NCBI RefSeq assembly: GCF_006345805.1
Contig: NC_043004.1
Coordinates: 18,290,001-18,354,000 of the forward strand
DNA from: Octopus sinensis
Lineage: Eukaryota
DNA length: 64,000 bases
Direction of reading: 5' to 3'
The notes below the pieces were generated by a model that saw nothing but the letters and a program-made list of their open reading frames with translations, made no database searches and was not told where the DNA came from. Both the position numbers and the translations under genes were made by a program. Position 1 is the stretch's first letter; the number at the start of each line of letters is the position of its first letter. This document shows positions 62,939 through 64,000 of the stretch, piece after piece.

Positions 62939-64000
62939 CACACTGACAAACATATCAACATCATTATTTAACATTGAATTTTCCATGCCTGCATCGATTA
63001 GATGGGATCTTTTGTAGCAGGCTTTCTATGACTGGATGTCCTCCCTGTTGCCAACCTTCACCTGTTTCCAAGTAAGGTAATATTTACCCATAGCTAGACA
63101 TATTTTGCATGGAGGGTAGGAAACAAACAACCTCGCTTGTATGATGGTGATGCTCATTTATAACTATCACATACTGTCTAGCTAATGGTACACACACACA
63201 CACAGAGGAATGCAAGCAATCTTCTTTCAGTCTCTGTCTACTAAATCCACTCATAAGGTATTGGTGATCTAGTGGCAATAGTAGGAGACCCTTCACAAGG
63301 TGCCGTGTAGTGAGACAAAACTCAAGACCACATGATTGGAAAGCAAACTTCTTAACCACACAGACACACACCAACACTACCAGTTCACACTGACTAACAA
63401 CAGTACCCCACCCAGAACCAACATACACAATCCCACTACCAATATCCATGAAGATAATGGCAAGATCAAAGCAGCAAGCACGCTAGCTATGGAAATATAG
63501 TAGATGCATAGTGGTAGTGGTAGATGGCAGTTGTGATGGTGGTGCTGGGAGTGGAGATTCTGGAGCTTGTCACTATAGCTCATTGTATTAGTGAAAGTGT
63601 GTGTTTTGTGTGTTTGCAACTGTGTGTGTGTGTGTATAAGAAGGGCGTTAAAGACAAGTATATTAATATACAGATTGTTCATATTTCTATATCTTAATAT
63701 AGCTTCCTGTTATAGGTTTGTATTATCTAAGACTCCATCTCAAAGTGATTGCAATAAGCAGCAGCTTCTGAATAATACAGAGAGAGAGAGAAGGAGAGAG
63801 AGAAAGTAGAAGATAAAGCAAAATAAAAAGAAACGAGTGTTAGGGAGGGACAGACAGAGAGAAACATCGATAGATATGCAATGAGATGTGGCACTTAACT
63901 ATCAATTGAAATAAAACATTCCAAGGATATTAGTTCAGTATTGCCAGAAATGTTACAAAAGTACATCCAAAGGCCAAGTTTTCAGCAAAGCAACACCGCT

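Overview
Eukaryotic, AT-rich and repeat-saturated genomic DNA. The SINE/LINE repertoire and microsatellite density most resemble an octopus (cephalopod) genome; this is an inference from recalled repeat families, not a database result. No long ORF in the supplied track is a credible gene: most are microsatellite translations or transposon remnants. The window holds tRNA-derived SINEs of several modular types, 5'-truncated RTE and Tx1/L1-type LINE ends, a decayed DD37D (maT) Tc1/mariner element, a mariner fragment, hAT, piggyBac, TA-target and Mutator-like MITEs, two non-autonomous Helitrons and a 100-bp 28S rRNA fragment. A chain of very small minus-strand exons with strong splice signals (about 50.5 kb to 1.1 kb) suggests much of the window is intronic to one large gene of unresolved identity. 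The most unusual signal is a head-to-head palindrome at 57.4-58.0 kb: each arm is a tRNA-headed element ending in a Penelope-type minimal hammerhead ribozyme motif. The window is also unusually rich in long fold-back structures.
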